A stretch of DNA of 33,259 bases from a virus (lineage: Duplodnaviria; Caudoviricetes): positions 1 to 33,259 of the IMG/VR virus record IMGVR_UViG_3300011425_000009; one strand, given 5' to 3'. Each line of letters opens with the position of its first letter. Position 1 is the first letter of the stretch. The notes under the pieces were generated by a model, which was not told the origin of the DNA, searched no databases, and was given only the letters and a program-made list of their open reading frames with translations. Both the position numbers and the translations under genes were made by a program. Of the stretch, positions 1 to 10,077 are shown piece after piece.

Positions 1-2064
1 GACTGATAAATAACTTAATGGCATCGTTGCCGCCAGTGTTCGTATCGCAAAAGCGAGTTTTGGGTACATACCATCGGCTTGACTTAATCCTTGGTGCCAT
101 ACGCGATCAAAATAAGTAATCGGGTACATTTTAAATTGAGAAACCATCCTTAAAAATTCACCACTGATTGTCCCCGGTTTAGTTCCTTGTAAAAATAATG
201 CCTTGATAAACTCATCAGGGTTTAATTGCATATTTTCACTGCCCACACTAAATATGGAATACACTTTACGATAAAGATCAGATCGTCTATTCAATAATGG
301 AACATTATTATTTAAATTTCTTAACTCATCATTTGATATTCGGTCTACATTATCAGGCGTAAATAATCCACTATCATTTTTAGCGCGTAATAAGTTCCAT
401 TCATCTTCTGTCATATTATGGTTTTCTAACATGGAACGCATTTTATCTGGCAATCCCACCCATGAAAGATGAGAAGCTTCTGCAAAATCTTTTGACATTA
501 AATGCATGACACTTACTTTATTTCCACCATCAAAAGGTTCCATAAAATTAAGATTAAATACTTTAGAACTTAAACGATTCATATAAGTCCCGAATGTTTG
601 TGCATCTAAAGCTTTAGCAATATAACCTAAATGCGAATCACACATTAATTTCATTTTTTTAGCAAATGCCACACGTGATGGATCAAGCTCTTTACCAATA
701 GGATTATTAAAAAGATTGGCCAACATTGTTCCCATGGTGCGAAATTCATTGTGACCAATTCGACCAAGATACGACATGCCAGTTGCTAGATCATTTAAAC
801 TTCTAAGCGGCAATAATATTAAATTTTTAGTTGATGTTAATGCAGTAAGATTTGCCCTAAATGCAGCCAGTCCAGGACTAACAGCGGTTTGATTAGCACC
901 CATTAAATTAAGAAATGTAATGTCATTATGATGGTTCCATAAATCAGGGCTTAATATAGATTTTTTATAACCTACTTTACGTTGCGCTTCCGCTAGGTCC
1001 ATATACATACTTGCCGGCGAACTGCCAAATAAATCAGCGGCCCCTATTTGGCTACCAGAACCCATGATGTCACCCATCAATGATGGAAATAAGGCTTGGT
1101 GGCCATAAATATTATTATATTCTCCCCAAGCGTTCCAATCTTTAAAATTTAATCTTAAACGTTTTTTATTCGCAATGGCTTCCCTATTATTAGCAACAAG
1201 CGATTGTGTCGTCACTTTATTTTTATTGGTCGTGATATTATCAAAAATATCTTCCACCACTTGACGTAATTTAGTTTGGTCTATTACACCATTTTTATCA
1301 GCAAGAAATGCACCATTAATAGGGTTTTCTGGGTCTAAACGTTGCAAAACATACTCGACCCATTTTGTTTTAGCATCTACTGTTTGTTTAACTCTGTTTA
1401 ATAAATCTTTGGCACGTTGGGCGAGCGTTCGACCACCATTAATAATAGCTGTCCGATCATGCATATGGTCTAAATATTTATAGTCACTGGTATTTTCTAT
1501 AGATAGCACACCCGTACGAATGGATTCTGCATTACGTAATTGACGATAATTTTCAACACGCTCAGCTATTTTTTTTGCTAATGGAGAAGCCGCTTTTTTA
1601 TTCAATGCATTATAAATATCTTTATCATTGTTTTTATTGATTAAGAACGCTTGTTCTTCCTCAGTAATACCATCAAACACTGGTTTAGAAATATAGCCCT
1701 TGGCGGCCTGTTGAGATTGACGAATATTATCAGCTTGGTTCTTGCCCCGTGAAACTAATAAATTTCTTAATGTAAATTTCTTAGATTGTATCTTTGAATT
1801 AAGAAGATCATAAGAGGCAATATTACTCGCTGCTAATCGACATTGATTAAATAGATCAGCTGATTTACCTTTATTAACTTCATCCATTGCTCGTTTAATC
1901 GCTTCCTGGCCTCGCACATCAGTATAAGTAGCCGCTTTAGCATATATTTGATTAACATAATCATGCAATTCATCATTTGTAAACGATGCTAACGCTTCTG
2001 CACCAATCTCTAAACAATCTTTACGTGATATAGGTTGACCTTTATTTACTTTTTGCTTAGCCAT
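1..2064 (-). CDS. Large internal virion (ejection) protein, runs off the left edge
   Basis: Not in the ORF track. ATG at 2064 overlaps the upstream TAA (TAATG). The frame reads MAKQKVNKGQPISRKDCLEIGAEAL... and appears open to position 1. Its position is that of a T7 gp16-like gene. Confidence 0.65.
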   Translation of the reverse strand, partial: MAKQKVNKGQPISRKDCLEIGAEALASFTNDELHDYVNQIYAKAATYTDVRGQEAIKRAMDEVNKGKSADLFNQCRLAASNIASYDLLNSKIQSKKFTLRNLLVSRGKNQADNIRQSQQAAKGYISKPVFDGITEEEQAFLINKNNDKDIYNALNKKAASPLAKKIAERVENYRQLRNAESIRTGVLSIENTSDYKYLDHMHDRTAIINGGRTLAQRAKDLLNRVKQTVDAKTKWVEYVLQRLDPENPINGAFLADKNGVIDQTKLRQVVEDIFDNITTNKNKVTTQSLVANNREAIANKKRLRLNFKDWNAWGEYNNIYGHQALFPSLMGDIMGSGSQIGAADLFGSSPASMYMDLAEAQRKVGYKKSILSPDLWNHHNDITFLNLMGANQTAVSPGLAAFRANLTALTSTKNLILLPLRSLNDLATGMSYLGRIGHNEFRTMGTMLANLFNNPIGKELDPSRVAFAKKMKLMCDSHLGYIAKALDAQTFGTYMNRLSSKVFNLNFMEPFDGGNKVSVMHLMSKDFAEASHLSWVGLPDKMRSMLENHNMTEDEWNLLRAKNDSGLFTPDNVDRISNDELRNLNNNVPLLNRRSDLYRKVYSIFSVGSENMQLNPDEFIKALFLQGTKPGTISGEFLRMVSQFKMYPITYFDRVWHQGLSQADGMYPKLAFAIRTLAATMPLSYLSV

Positions 2065-3875
2065 TATTCCTTCGCTCCAAAGCAATCCATCATGTCTTTC
2101 AATGCAGATAGGCCTTTCTTGAATTGTTTATATCGTTTAGATAAATCTTTATAATCATTTTTTAGGTTCTTTTGACCTTTGACGTTTTCAACTTGCTCAT
2201 CAAAATCATTAATAAAAGAACCAGCATCGGTTGGTTCAGTATTAGCGGCCCTGATCACTTCTTCTGGTGTTTTTTCTGCCTCATACGATTCTTTATATTC
2301 ACCATCAATACCAGCGGCTTTATCAATCTTCTGTTTAAGATATCGCTGTACACGGCCCACATCAGAAAATTTTTCTATTTGTGAATCTAATACTTTTAAA
2401 TAATTACCAATAATATTTCGATAAGCATCACTTTTATTATAATCCGCTTCTAAATTCACACGATCTAATAAAGTTTGTGCATTGTGCCAAACGTCTGCTA
2501 AATCAACTAGACGTCCATATTCTTTACTGCGCTGCCAATTTTTAGATAGGCCTTTTTCATTTATTAAGGAATTCCTAATATGTGATAGTTCTTCTTGTGG
2601 TGATTTTAAATTAACTTCTTCATTATTTATTTTATTTTTAACATCTTCTGGAACAGTATAAGGCAAATGCTCCGTAGGATTATTTTTAACTTGTTCATAA
2701 ATATCATGCTGATCAAAAGGCATTCTTTCAGTTAAACCAGTATGAAGATGTTCATCAACTATCTTATCCATTTCTTGTAATTTTTCTTCACGATTTGCAA
2801 GCTTATAATCTAACTCTTCTTTCGCCCCACGTAAGCCATCCACATGCTCGGGTTGGTCACGTAACTTATCCAAACTATTACCAAAGATAAAATCAGATAA
2901 TGCTTTTTTGTCTGTTGATTCATTCGCATTATTTAACTGTTCTGCAAATGTACTTTTTAAATTGTCCCATGTATTTTCATCAACCATGGAAAAGAATGCT
3001 TTAGCTTTAGCAGTATTAATAGGCATTCCTTTGTCTATCATTAATTTAGATGCTTTACTAACTAATTCAGGATTATGCGGTCCTTCATAAAGCATTTTTC
3101 CATAATCATATTCGTCCTTAGTAATACGTTTTTCAGCCAGTGCTTGGTCTAGTCGAACAGACATATTATTGCCTTCTGGCGTATTAGGCATTGGAACTGA
3201 CTCATCGGGTGACAATATCTTTTTAAAGGCGACTCCCGCCGCATAACCAGGAATGGATAGCAATGCTCCGATCGCACCATTAATACCTACTTCTTCTGTT
3301 ACGCCTCCCCAAGAAATAGACTTAGTATCAGCATTGTAATTATTAATAATGGCATTAGGAACAGCAACCCCTGCAAAACCACTTGCGCCATGTTTAGCAT
3401 TCGCTGCAAGTTCTCCTAACGATTCTGGTAAATATTTACCTGCTTGTGTACCAACTAATGATGTAATTGATTTTCGTGCTAATTGTCCTATCTCAGGAAA
3501 GAAATTCAATGCAGCACGTGATAGTCCTTCAGTTGCAACCCCACCACTTGCTACAAATGGATAAGTAATGGGATTAAACGCCATACCAATTGCACTACCA
3601 ATAAATTCTAAAGGGTATCGACTGACTTTCTGAGGAATTGATAGTAATTGGCTTTCTTTCGCATTTTCGTTCTGGATCGTGTCCCATAATGCATCCACAT
3701 GCTCATTTGGCTTTCCTAATTCACTAGATGACTGTAAAACATTGATAGCTTTATCACCTGTATAAAAACCTTCTTTTACACTATTAAACATAGATTGTGT
3801 AAAACTAGGAGGGACTAAACTAGCTGATTTAAAGGATTGTGCATAAGCATCATCTGCCGGTGTTTCACTAATCAT
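2064..3875 (-). CDS. Putative internal virion protein
   Basis: 603 aa with a Gly/Ala-rich hydrophobic N-terminal half; coupled to both neighbours, downstream of the tail genes. Confidence 0.55.
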   Translation of the reverse strand: MISETPADDAYAQSFKSASLVPPSFTQSMFNSVKEGFYTGDKAINVLQSSSELGKPNEHVDALWDTIQNENAKESQLLSIPQKVSRYPLEFIGSAIGMAFNPITYPFVASGGVATEGLSRAALNFFPEIGQLARKSITSLVGTQAGKYLPESLGELAANAKHGASGFAGVAVPNAIINNYNADTKSISWGGVTEEVGINGAIGALLSIPGYAAGVAFKKILSPDESVPMPNTPEGNNMSVRLDQALAEKRITKDEYDYGKMLYEGPHNPELVSKASKLMIDKGMPINTAKAKAFFSMVDENTWDNLKSTFAEQLNNANESTDKKALSDFIFGNSLDKLRDQPEHVDGLRGAKEELDYKLANREEKLQEMDKIVDEHLHTGLTERMPFDQHDIYEQVKNNPTEHLPYTVPEDVKNKINNEEVNLKSPQEELSHIRNSLINEKGLSKNWQRSKEYGRLVDLADVWHNAQTLLDRVNLEADYNKSDAYRNIIGNYLKVLDSQIEKFSDVGRVQRYLKQKIDKAAGIDGEYKESYEAEKTPEEVIRAANTEPTDAGSFINDFDEQVENVKGQKNLKNDYKDLSKRYKQFKKGLSALKDMMDCFGAKE

Positions 3876-6181
3876 GATTTACTACCTTTAATTCCGCGGC
3901 CTTCTTTTAATGATTTTAATTCATCTTCTAATTGCTCAGAGGTCATATTTTTATGGTCAATGCCTTTATCTTGCATAAACGGTTTTAATGCTTCATGAAA
4001 ATTTCTAGTATCTTCGTCCGCATGAGAAGGTCGTATTTTATCAGGTAGATTATTCACTTTATCAATTTGTTCTTGGGTAATACCTTTAGGAACATTAGGT
4101 TCAAAATTTACATGTTCATTAGTAAAAGGATTGAAAGGACGTAAATCAAGTGATTTCTTAATACGTTCTTTATCTTGTCTTTCTTGGTCTGCATGAGCAG
4201 TCGCCAGTAATGATGGACTATATTTTACTGTATGTAAGGGATTTCCATATGAATCAGCTACCACTAAATTACCAGTGGGCGTACTTAGCATTTTAAAATT
4301 ATTAACATCTGCCCATGCACCTATTTGACCATCTGAATAACCTAATTTTTTAGCATTTTCTTTTACATAATTAATTAAATAATTCGACATAATATCTTTA
4401 TCTTGAGGACTTAAATTAGGTAAATCATGGTCATTAGTTATCCATGTGGAACCAGACGATACCGGATAAGCTTTAGCAACAATATTAGCGGCCGGCCCTG
4501 CATAATTCGCTACATTCGATAAATCATTTGCATTGATAGCCATCGTATATGCTAGGTTCGTTGTCATATCCACCATAGCAGCAACACGTTGTGTACCATT
4601 GACTTGCTGTCCTACATATCCAGTTGCATTTTTAAATGCGGGACTTCCAGCAATTTTATATCTTACTTGAGATTTACCTTCATCTCGTTGGCCTTCTTCT
4701 AACGCTGTAAATTTCATCCCATCTTGGTTAGACATGATTAACATATTTATATCATTATCATTCACACCTGAACCTAATAAATTACCAACAGCACGTCCAA
4801 CTTCTTGCTGTTGTGGTGTTTTTAAACCACGCGCCACATATTCACGTAATTGAGGATCATAAGATTTTAAAACCGCTTTTAATGTATTAGGGTCACTCAC
4901 ACTTCCATCAGCATTTTTATTAAATGACGTCTGCGCCCTATCAATTATTTGTTTAGGAATAGGTTGGATATATTCGTCTTTCATTCCCTTTGCATAGGCC
5001 AAATTCACTTGAGAATGCGCAAAACGATTTGATTCATATTGCCCTTGTTGCATTTTTTGTTGATCAGTTAGATTAGGATTGGCCATAATCGCTGCCATGG
5101 CTTGATTATGTTGTGCTTCCATTTGCTGATAATTACCATCTGAAGATATAGTTGCTAAAAAATTACCATTCACTCCTTGATTGATAATATTACCTAGTCT
5201 ATCTTTTTCACCACGTTCCCTAGGACTAGGATTTTGAATCTTACCAAGTTCTTTAAAACGTGCTTCCATTTCAGGATAGGAAACACCTGTTTGCATATCT
5301 GCATTAATAAGTGATGCACCTTTGGCATATTCTAAAACTTCAGCTTGGCTTCCCGAAGCAATATGTTGAAATGCTACAGGATTTGGCGTTCCACCAGCTG
5401 CAATAGCAGATTTAACTGATGCTGCACTGGTATCACTATTATAAGTTTGGGCATGGTAAGCATTATTTTGGTCTGTCGGCAATCCATGATGACCATCATC
5501 ATTCGCAAATGGAATCTGCACCATTCGATTATGTTCTTTAGCACCAATATCAGGATTACCAAAGTTTTCAATATAAGCACGACGACTAGATACTACCGCT
5601 GCTATTTGTTTATAAAATCCACCAGAAGCAGCCGATGGTAATGCACCACTTCTAACCCCTGCATCAATCGTATTTGTTAATAATTTTAATTGATTATCAA
5701 ATGCAGTTTGATCACCTACAGAATCTTGTAGTTTTTTTAGAGCATCAGGAAATGCCGTATAAATACTAATAGCAGCATTTTTATTATTTACTTCATTTTG
5801 TACTGATGCTGCTTTAATTGTTAATGCATTAATATCTTGATTAGCTTGATATGTTAATTTAGACCTATCACTTTTATTAACAACCGCTTGTTGCAATACT
5901 TGTTGATATTGTTGTTTTGAATTTTCTAATATTTGTGTCGCCAATCCAGGGTTTTTAATTAAATCAACTTGTGCTTGTGTTTTAATATCATCAGCATGCA
6001 TTTGAGTTTGTAGTGTCATCGCACTACTTTGCGCTTCACCCATTGATTTAGCGCCTTCAACAACTTCTTTAGAAATATTACCTAATGTTTGCGCAATCGC
6101 CTCTAGGCCTTGTGCTTTTGATTCAATCGGTTGCTCACGAATAATCGGATTATCATTATCAAATTGTGCTAAGTCAGCCAT
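3872..6181 (-). CDS. Putative internal virion protein (T7 gp15-like position)
   Basis: 769 aa, Gln/Ala-rich and helical-looking; call rests on synteny. Confidence 0.55.
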   Translation of the reverse strand: MADLAQFDNDNPIIREQPIESKAQGLEAIAQTLGNISKEVVEGAKSMGEAQSSAMTLQTQMHADDIKTQAQVDLIKNPGLATQILENSKQQYQQVLQQAVVNKSDRSKLTYQANQDINALTIKAASVQNEVNNKNAAISIYTAFPDALKKLQDSVGDQTAFDNQLKLLTNTIDAGVRSGALPSAASGGFYKQIAAVVSSRRAYIENFGNPDIGAKEHNRMVQIPFANDDGHHGLPTDQNNAYHAQTYNSDTSAASVKSAIAAGGTPNPVAFQHIASGSQAEVLEYAKGASLINADMQTGVSYPEMEARFKELGKIQNPSPRERGEKDRLGNIINQGVNGNFLATISSDGNYQQMEAQHNQAMAAIMANPNLTDQQKMQQGQYESNRFAHSQVNLAYAKGMKDEYIQPIPKQIIDRAQTSFNKNADGSVSDPNTLKAVLKSYDPQLREYVARGLKTPQQQEVGRAVGNLLGSGVNDNDINMLIMSNQDGMKFTALEEGQRDEGKSQVRYKIAGSPAFKNATGYVGQQVNGTQRVAAMVDMTTNLAYTMAINANDLSNVANYAGPAANIVAKAYPVSSGSTWITNDHDLPNLSPQDKDIMSNYLINYVKENAKKLGYSDGQIGAWADVNNFKMLSTPTGNLVVADSYGNPLHTVKYSPSLLATAHADQERQDKERIKKSLDLRPFNPFTNEHVNFEPNVPKGITQEQIDKVNNLPDKIRPSHADEDTRNFHEALKPFMQDKGIDHKNMTSEQLEDELKSLKEGRGIKGSKS

Positions 6182-6183
6182 GT

Positions 6184-6621
6184 TTATGCCTTACTTGGAA
6201 ATGAAGATGCAGTACCTGCGAGATCAGATGCAAAGTCCGCCGCGTCACCAAAGATTTGCGATGCGAACGTCATTTGTACGTTTGCTTTTTCAATTGCTGC
6301 ATTTCGATCAAATATACTTTTTTCAGTATCTAAGTTCTTTTGGTTCTTAGCAGATGTACTTAATACATTTTCTTGTGCTGCTTGAAAACTGGGGCTGCCC
6401 ATACCAACACCACGTACAGATTCTTGCGCTAATTGTCGGTCTAAAATCTTATTGGTCAAATCATAATTAGCTAATGTTTTTTGTTGATAGGCCAATTGGT
6501 TTTGTTCTGCTTGTAATTGCAATGCTTGCTCTTGTTGTTCCATCCCGAAATATTGCGCGCCCACTTTCGCCCCAGCGGGTGAAACAAGCCCTAATACAAT
6601 CAATGCTGTCGTTTGGTCCAT
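6184..6621 (-). CDS. Small internal virion protein (T7 gp14-like position)
   Basis: 145 aa with hydrophobic N-terminus and Gln/Ala-rich helix, directly after tail tubular B. Confidence 0.6.
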   Translation of the reverse strand: MDQTTALIVLGLVSPAGAKVGAQYFGMEQQEQALQLQAEQNQLAYQQKTLANYDLTNKILDRQLAQESVRGVGMGSPSFQAAQENVLSTSAKNQKNLDTEKSIFDRNAAIEKANVQMTFASQIFGDAADFASDLAGTASSFPSKA

Positions 6622-6629
6622 ATATCCTC

Positions 6630-8783
6630 TTAAATAATCTGTGAATCTATTTGATATCGAATTGCCGTAATCTGTAAATCAAAAGGCGAATCTTGAACAA
6701 TATCAAATGTAGTATAACGTCCCCATCCATCGACCGCCTGAACAATAGCCGTATCAGTAATCGGCACTAAATATGGAAAATTCGCTTGTATCTGAGTAAA
6801 TGATTGATATGGAACATCATAACCATTGATACTAAAATTAATACTTTCAAAATAATCTACAAATATTTGTTTAATATTTTTAAAATCATTTGATTTTGTT
6901 GCACCAGCAAATATGTACATCGGCCTTAGTAACACAGGATAACTAAACCCTACATAAATCTGACCAAAGTAGTCATTAAAATTCTCAAAGTAAGCGACCC
7001 CTCCAGAAACAGGCGCTGGTGCGCCTAACACATCGAGTGATTCTCCAAAGTCCTGGCGTGCTATCTTTCCATCAATCACTTGTTGTAAGAAGAACCTAAC
7101 ACTATATCCTTCATAATCTCCGAGCCCTAATACGACCCCTCGTTGGCCTGCAATAAATACAATCGCATTATGAGATTCAACTAAGTCCTCACGGAAATTA
7201 TCATCAAACACTTCAATAAAATAATTACCACTCGTTAAATACTTCTTTAAGAAATAAACACGATTGTTAACCGATACAATATCAATCGTCTGGACTTCAT
7301 CCACCCAAGTAATAGGTGTAAAGGCCGCCAGTTTAACTTCTGATTGAAATTGAAATGTCGCAACCGGAGCAACTTCCGTTAGTGATGGGCTGTTCACAAA
7401 GTAAATAAAGTTGTCTTGGGCAGACGTTTGGGAGCGCTGTAATGCCCTATTGATCGGGTTGCCAATAAGGTGCTGAGAGGCAATCGAAATATTACTGGAG
7501 GTATAAGCAAGCCCCACACCATCAAAGTGAAAGTTAACGATCGAACCACCGCCCTTCGTAGCAAAATAACTATCGTTCATGTACGTGATAGGCTTCATCA
7601 ACGCTGAAGCACCAAAAGACGATTGTTGCCTAACAGAGAACGTCCCTGGCGTCAGTCCTATGGCTTGGTCTTGAGGGCAAGCGAACTCATAATTTTCTGT
7701 ATAGATTTCTAGCTGTTTGCCCCCATTCAACCAGAGAATATCACCAGTGCCTGTTTGCCCAATATTATAAATAATCGCATCAGCATCACCTGCTACCCCA
7801 ACATCAAAATTGACTGGTTGGTTGATCTTAGACCCATAGATTGTCGTCGGTTGCTGCATGGTATTAGCAAACCATAACCTATTTTGATAAAAAGCGACCG
7901 CCTCAGGCCATCCCAACGTTGCCGACCATGCCGGTTGTTTAATGGAATATTGCGAACCGATCAATGGCATATCAGCAGGGGCTGCAAATGGGACATATAC
8001 TACCCCATCAAATTGAACGGTCGTTGCACCTGGGTGCGTCACATTGGTAATAATTCCATAACCTAACGGCCGAGGCTCAGTTGCACCAAAGCTTGCTATT
8101 TCACCACCGATCCAAGCCGTGGTAAATTTGGCGGCCTCGCCTGGATGGGCACCATCTTCCGTCATCACAATACGAAATGTCGTTGGCGTCGGATTGGTAA
8201 AAACTACCGTAAAATTAGCATAATTCACTTTCTGAAAATCAAATGATGGTAGCGGAAATATCGGGCCATTGAGCGTATCAACAACGAGCGTCTGCCAAGT
8301 AAAGACAGCTGGCCCATAACTACTGACAAATATCCGTCCTGGTGCAACGCCAGCTGTCGTCAAAACCAAAGAATCACTGTCCAAAGCGTAATCAATATGA
8401 AGTAATTGTGGCGTAGTATAAGGGGGCGAACCTGCTACTGTCTGGTAGAACGTCAATGAACCGTCTGTAGGGTCAACAAGAAATACCGTCCAGCCAGTCG
8501 CAGCGGTCGCTGACATGATCAAATAATATTGCTGGTTAATGTCGATGAACTCATACATCTGAGATTCATCTTGGGCATATATCGTAACGTCTGATGGGTC
8601 ACCCGTATCGATAAAGGCATTGCGTGTACCACGGCGCTTTTTAGCCAGCTGCGTCGTGCCAATTTCCATATTAGTCAATGCTTGGGCGGCAGATAGATAC
8701 GCTTTTAAATCAGTACGCTTCCAATTGACAACGTCTACTTCGCCGAGTGAAAAAGTTGCCTGTTGAATGACTTCCGTCGTCAT
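6630..8783 (-). CDS. Tail tubular protein B / nozzle (T7 gp12-like)
   Basis: 717 aa; N-terminal QATFSLGEV and the WSATLGWPEAVAFYQNRLWFA motif typical of podovirus nozzle proteins. Confidence 0.8.
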   Translation of the reverse strand: MTTEVIQQATFSLGEVDVVNWKRTDLKAYLSAAQALTNMEIGTTQLAKKRRGTRNAFIDTGDPSDVTIYAQDESQMYEFIDINQQYYLIMSATAATGWTVFLVDPTDGSLTFYQTVAGSPPYTTPQLLHIDYALDSDSLVLTTAGVAPGRIFVSSYGPAVFTWQTLVVDTLNGPIFPLPSFDFQKVNYANFTVVFTNPTPTTFRIVMTEDGAHPGEAAKFTTAWIGGEIASFGATEPRPLGYGIITNVTHPGATTVQFDGVVYVPFAAPADMPLIGSQYSIKQPAWSATLGWPEAVAFYQNRLWFANTMQQPTTIYGSKINQPVNFDVGVAGDADAIIYNIGQTGTGDILWLNGGKQLEIYTENYEFACPQDQAIGLTPGTFSVRQQSSFGASALMKPITYMNDSYFATKGGGSIVNFHFDGVGLAYTSSNISIASQHLIGNPINRALQRSQTSAQDNFIYFVNSPSLTEVAPVATFQFQSEVKLAAFTPITWVDEVQTIDIVSVNNRVYFLKKYLTSGNYFIEVFDDNFREDLVESHNAIVFIAGQRGVVLGLGDYEGYSVRFFLQQVIDGKIARQDFGESLDVLGAPAPVSGGVAYFENFNDYFGQIYVGFSYPVLLRPMYIFAGATKSNDFKNIKQIFVDYFESINFSINGYDVPYQSFTQIQANFPYLVPITDTAIVQAVDGWGRYTTFDIVQDSPFDLQITAIRYQIDSQII

Positions 8784-8850
8784 AATGAGTATCCGTAATC
8801 GCTATGGAGTTATTCTATACGATTATAGGGTTTAGAGGTAGAATCCGTGT

Positions 8851-8880
8851 AGCCCAGAGAAGTTGAAGCTTCTCTGGGCT
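8851..8880. promoter_or_regulatory. Perfect 12-bp inverted repeat
   Basis: AGCCCAGAGAAG-ttgaag-CTTCTCTGGGCT between divergent genes; no clear U-tract on either strand. Confidence 0.6.
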
Positions 8881-8910
8881 GAATCCTTTAAACTTTTACG
8901 AGAAGTTTGT

Positions 8911-9225
8911 ATGACCAATAATACTAAACGTTTTGCACGTGATCAAGTTAGACATTTTCTTCAATCTGATAAATCAATCAACTTAGATTCAATTGATGTC
9001 GCTATTCTCTATACCATTGCTGGATATATTGATTTGCCTAAAGGTGAATGTTTTGCCAAAAGAGAAGTGTTGATATTTGAATCAAAATGCAGTGACCGCA
9101 CCTTTCGTCGTAAAACCAAAATATTACTCGAAAATAAAATCATTTTTAAATATTGCAAATTAGATGACAAACGAGAACGGTATTTATTAGGTGAGAAAAT
9201 TACAGGCATAATCCAAGATGAGTAA
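8911..9225 (+). CDS. Winged-HTH protein resembling a phage replication-initiator N-terminal domain
   Basis: ILYTIAGYIDLPKGECFAKREVLIFESKCSDRTFRRKTKILLENKII fits an HTH_36-like pattern. ATG 8911 preferred over TTG 8863. Confidence 0.6.
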   Translation: MTNNTKRFARDQVRHFLQSDKSINLDSIDVAILYTIAGYIDLPKGECFAKREVLIFESKCSDRTFRRKTKILLENKIIFKYCKLDDKRERYLLGEKITGIIQDE

Positions 9226-9428
9226 TGGTGGCAGAAGTTAGCAAAGTGCTGCCACGCTTTGGACTCACAGTCCAACGATTTGTCCACCATCCGGACTCAC
9301 AGTCCAAAATATTGGACTCACAGTCCACTATATATATAAGAATAGATAACCACATATATACAACATACAGTTGTTGTTTTTCTTTTTTCCTCATGGGGAA
9401 ATTATCAATAAATCTCCCATTGACTTAA
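9225..9428 (+). CDS. Short ORF spanning the iteron-like repeats; possible split-off part of the initiator
   Basis: TAATG overlap with the HTH gene; two of the repeats translate as DSQS. Confidence 0.25.
   Translation: MVAEVSKVLPRFGLTVQRFVHHPDSQSKILDSQSTIYIRIDNHIYTTYSCCFSFFLMGKLSINLPLT
9261..9327. repeat. Three identical palindromic 14-mers GGACTCACAGTCCA (iteron-like)
   Basis: Copies at 9261, 9293 and 9314, followed by an AT-rich tract. Confidence 0.9.
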
Positions 9429-9443
9429 AGAATTGTATATTTT

Positions 9444-10022
9444 TTAGACATAACTCTGTCTATCATAATCATTTTGGGGAGTACTTTGGATCATGCGTTC
9501 TTGGTCGTTCAATAAAATAGCTTCATTCAACTTCAGTTGGTATTTACCTTCCAGCACTTTCCCTAATCCTACATTGTTAGTTAGCACCGCAGCACATTCA
9601 GCCGCTGTATAAAGCACGAGAGCGCGGTAGAACAAAGGTGGTATGACGCCATAACTCACCGTCTGGACGACGTAGTAGTAAAGCACGGGGCGCACATTGG
9701 TCATTAACGTCTGGTCTATGATCCGGTAGACAAAACTGAATGCCGTGCTGGACAACTGCCAGGAGAACCGGTCCATACGGTTATAATCAGCGGGCAATGT
9801 GTAGTTATACAGGTAGTCAGGCGAGATATTAGCGACATTTGGCGTATCGTCTGTCACAAATTTTATCGCAAAGTTCCAGTCTGTACGCAGTAGCATTTCA
9901 GGTAACAAGATATCGAGTTTATTCGATATTAATGTTGATGCAGCGGTAGAAGTTAACGTCTGAATAAACGGAAACCCTAACTCATTGAGCACTTGATTAA
10001 CAACATCTAACTTAGCAGGCAT
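9444..10022 (-). CDS. Tail tubular protein A / adaptor (T7 gp11-like)
   Basis: 192 aa; KLDVVNQVLNELG, WNFAIK and YNYTLPADY motifs; strong SD GGGAGG. Confidence 0.85.
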   Translation of the reverse strand: MPAKLDVVNQVLNELGFPFIQTLTSTAASTLISNKLDILLPEMLLRTDWNFAIKFVTDDTPNVANISPDYLYNYTLPADYNRMDRFSWQLSSTAFSFVYRIIDQTLMTNVRPVLYYYVVQTVSYGVIPPLFYRALVLYTAAECAAVLTNNVGLGKVLEGKYQLKLNEAILLNDQERMIQSTPQNDYDRQSYV

Positions 10023-10027
10023 ATTTT

Positions 10028-10069
10028 CCTCCCAAAAGGAGGGAGGAGGACTTGAATATCATCCTCCCC
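10028..10069 (-). promoter_or_regulatory. Tandem hairpins, one occluding the adaptor gene SD
   Basis: On minus: GGGGAGGA pairs with UCCUCCUC, then CCUCC-uuuug-GGAGG covers the SD. Confidence 0.5.
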
Positions 10070-10077
10070 GTTGGCCT

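Noticed and set aside
9261-9327. Mini-CRISPR
   Set aside because: 14-bp repeats with only 18- and 7-bp gaps; iterons or operators fit better.
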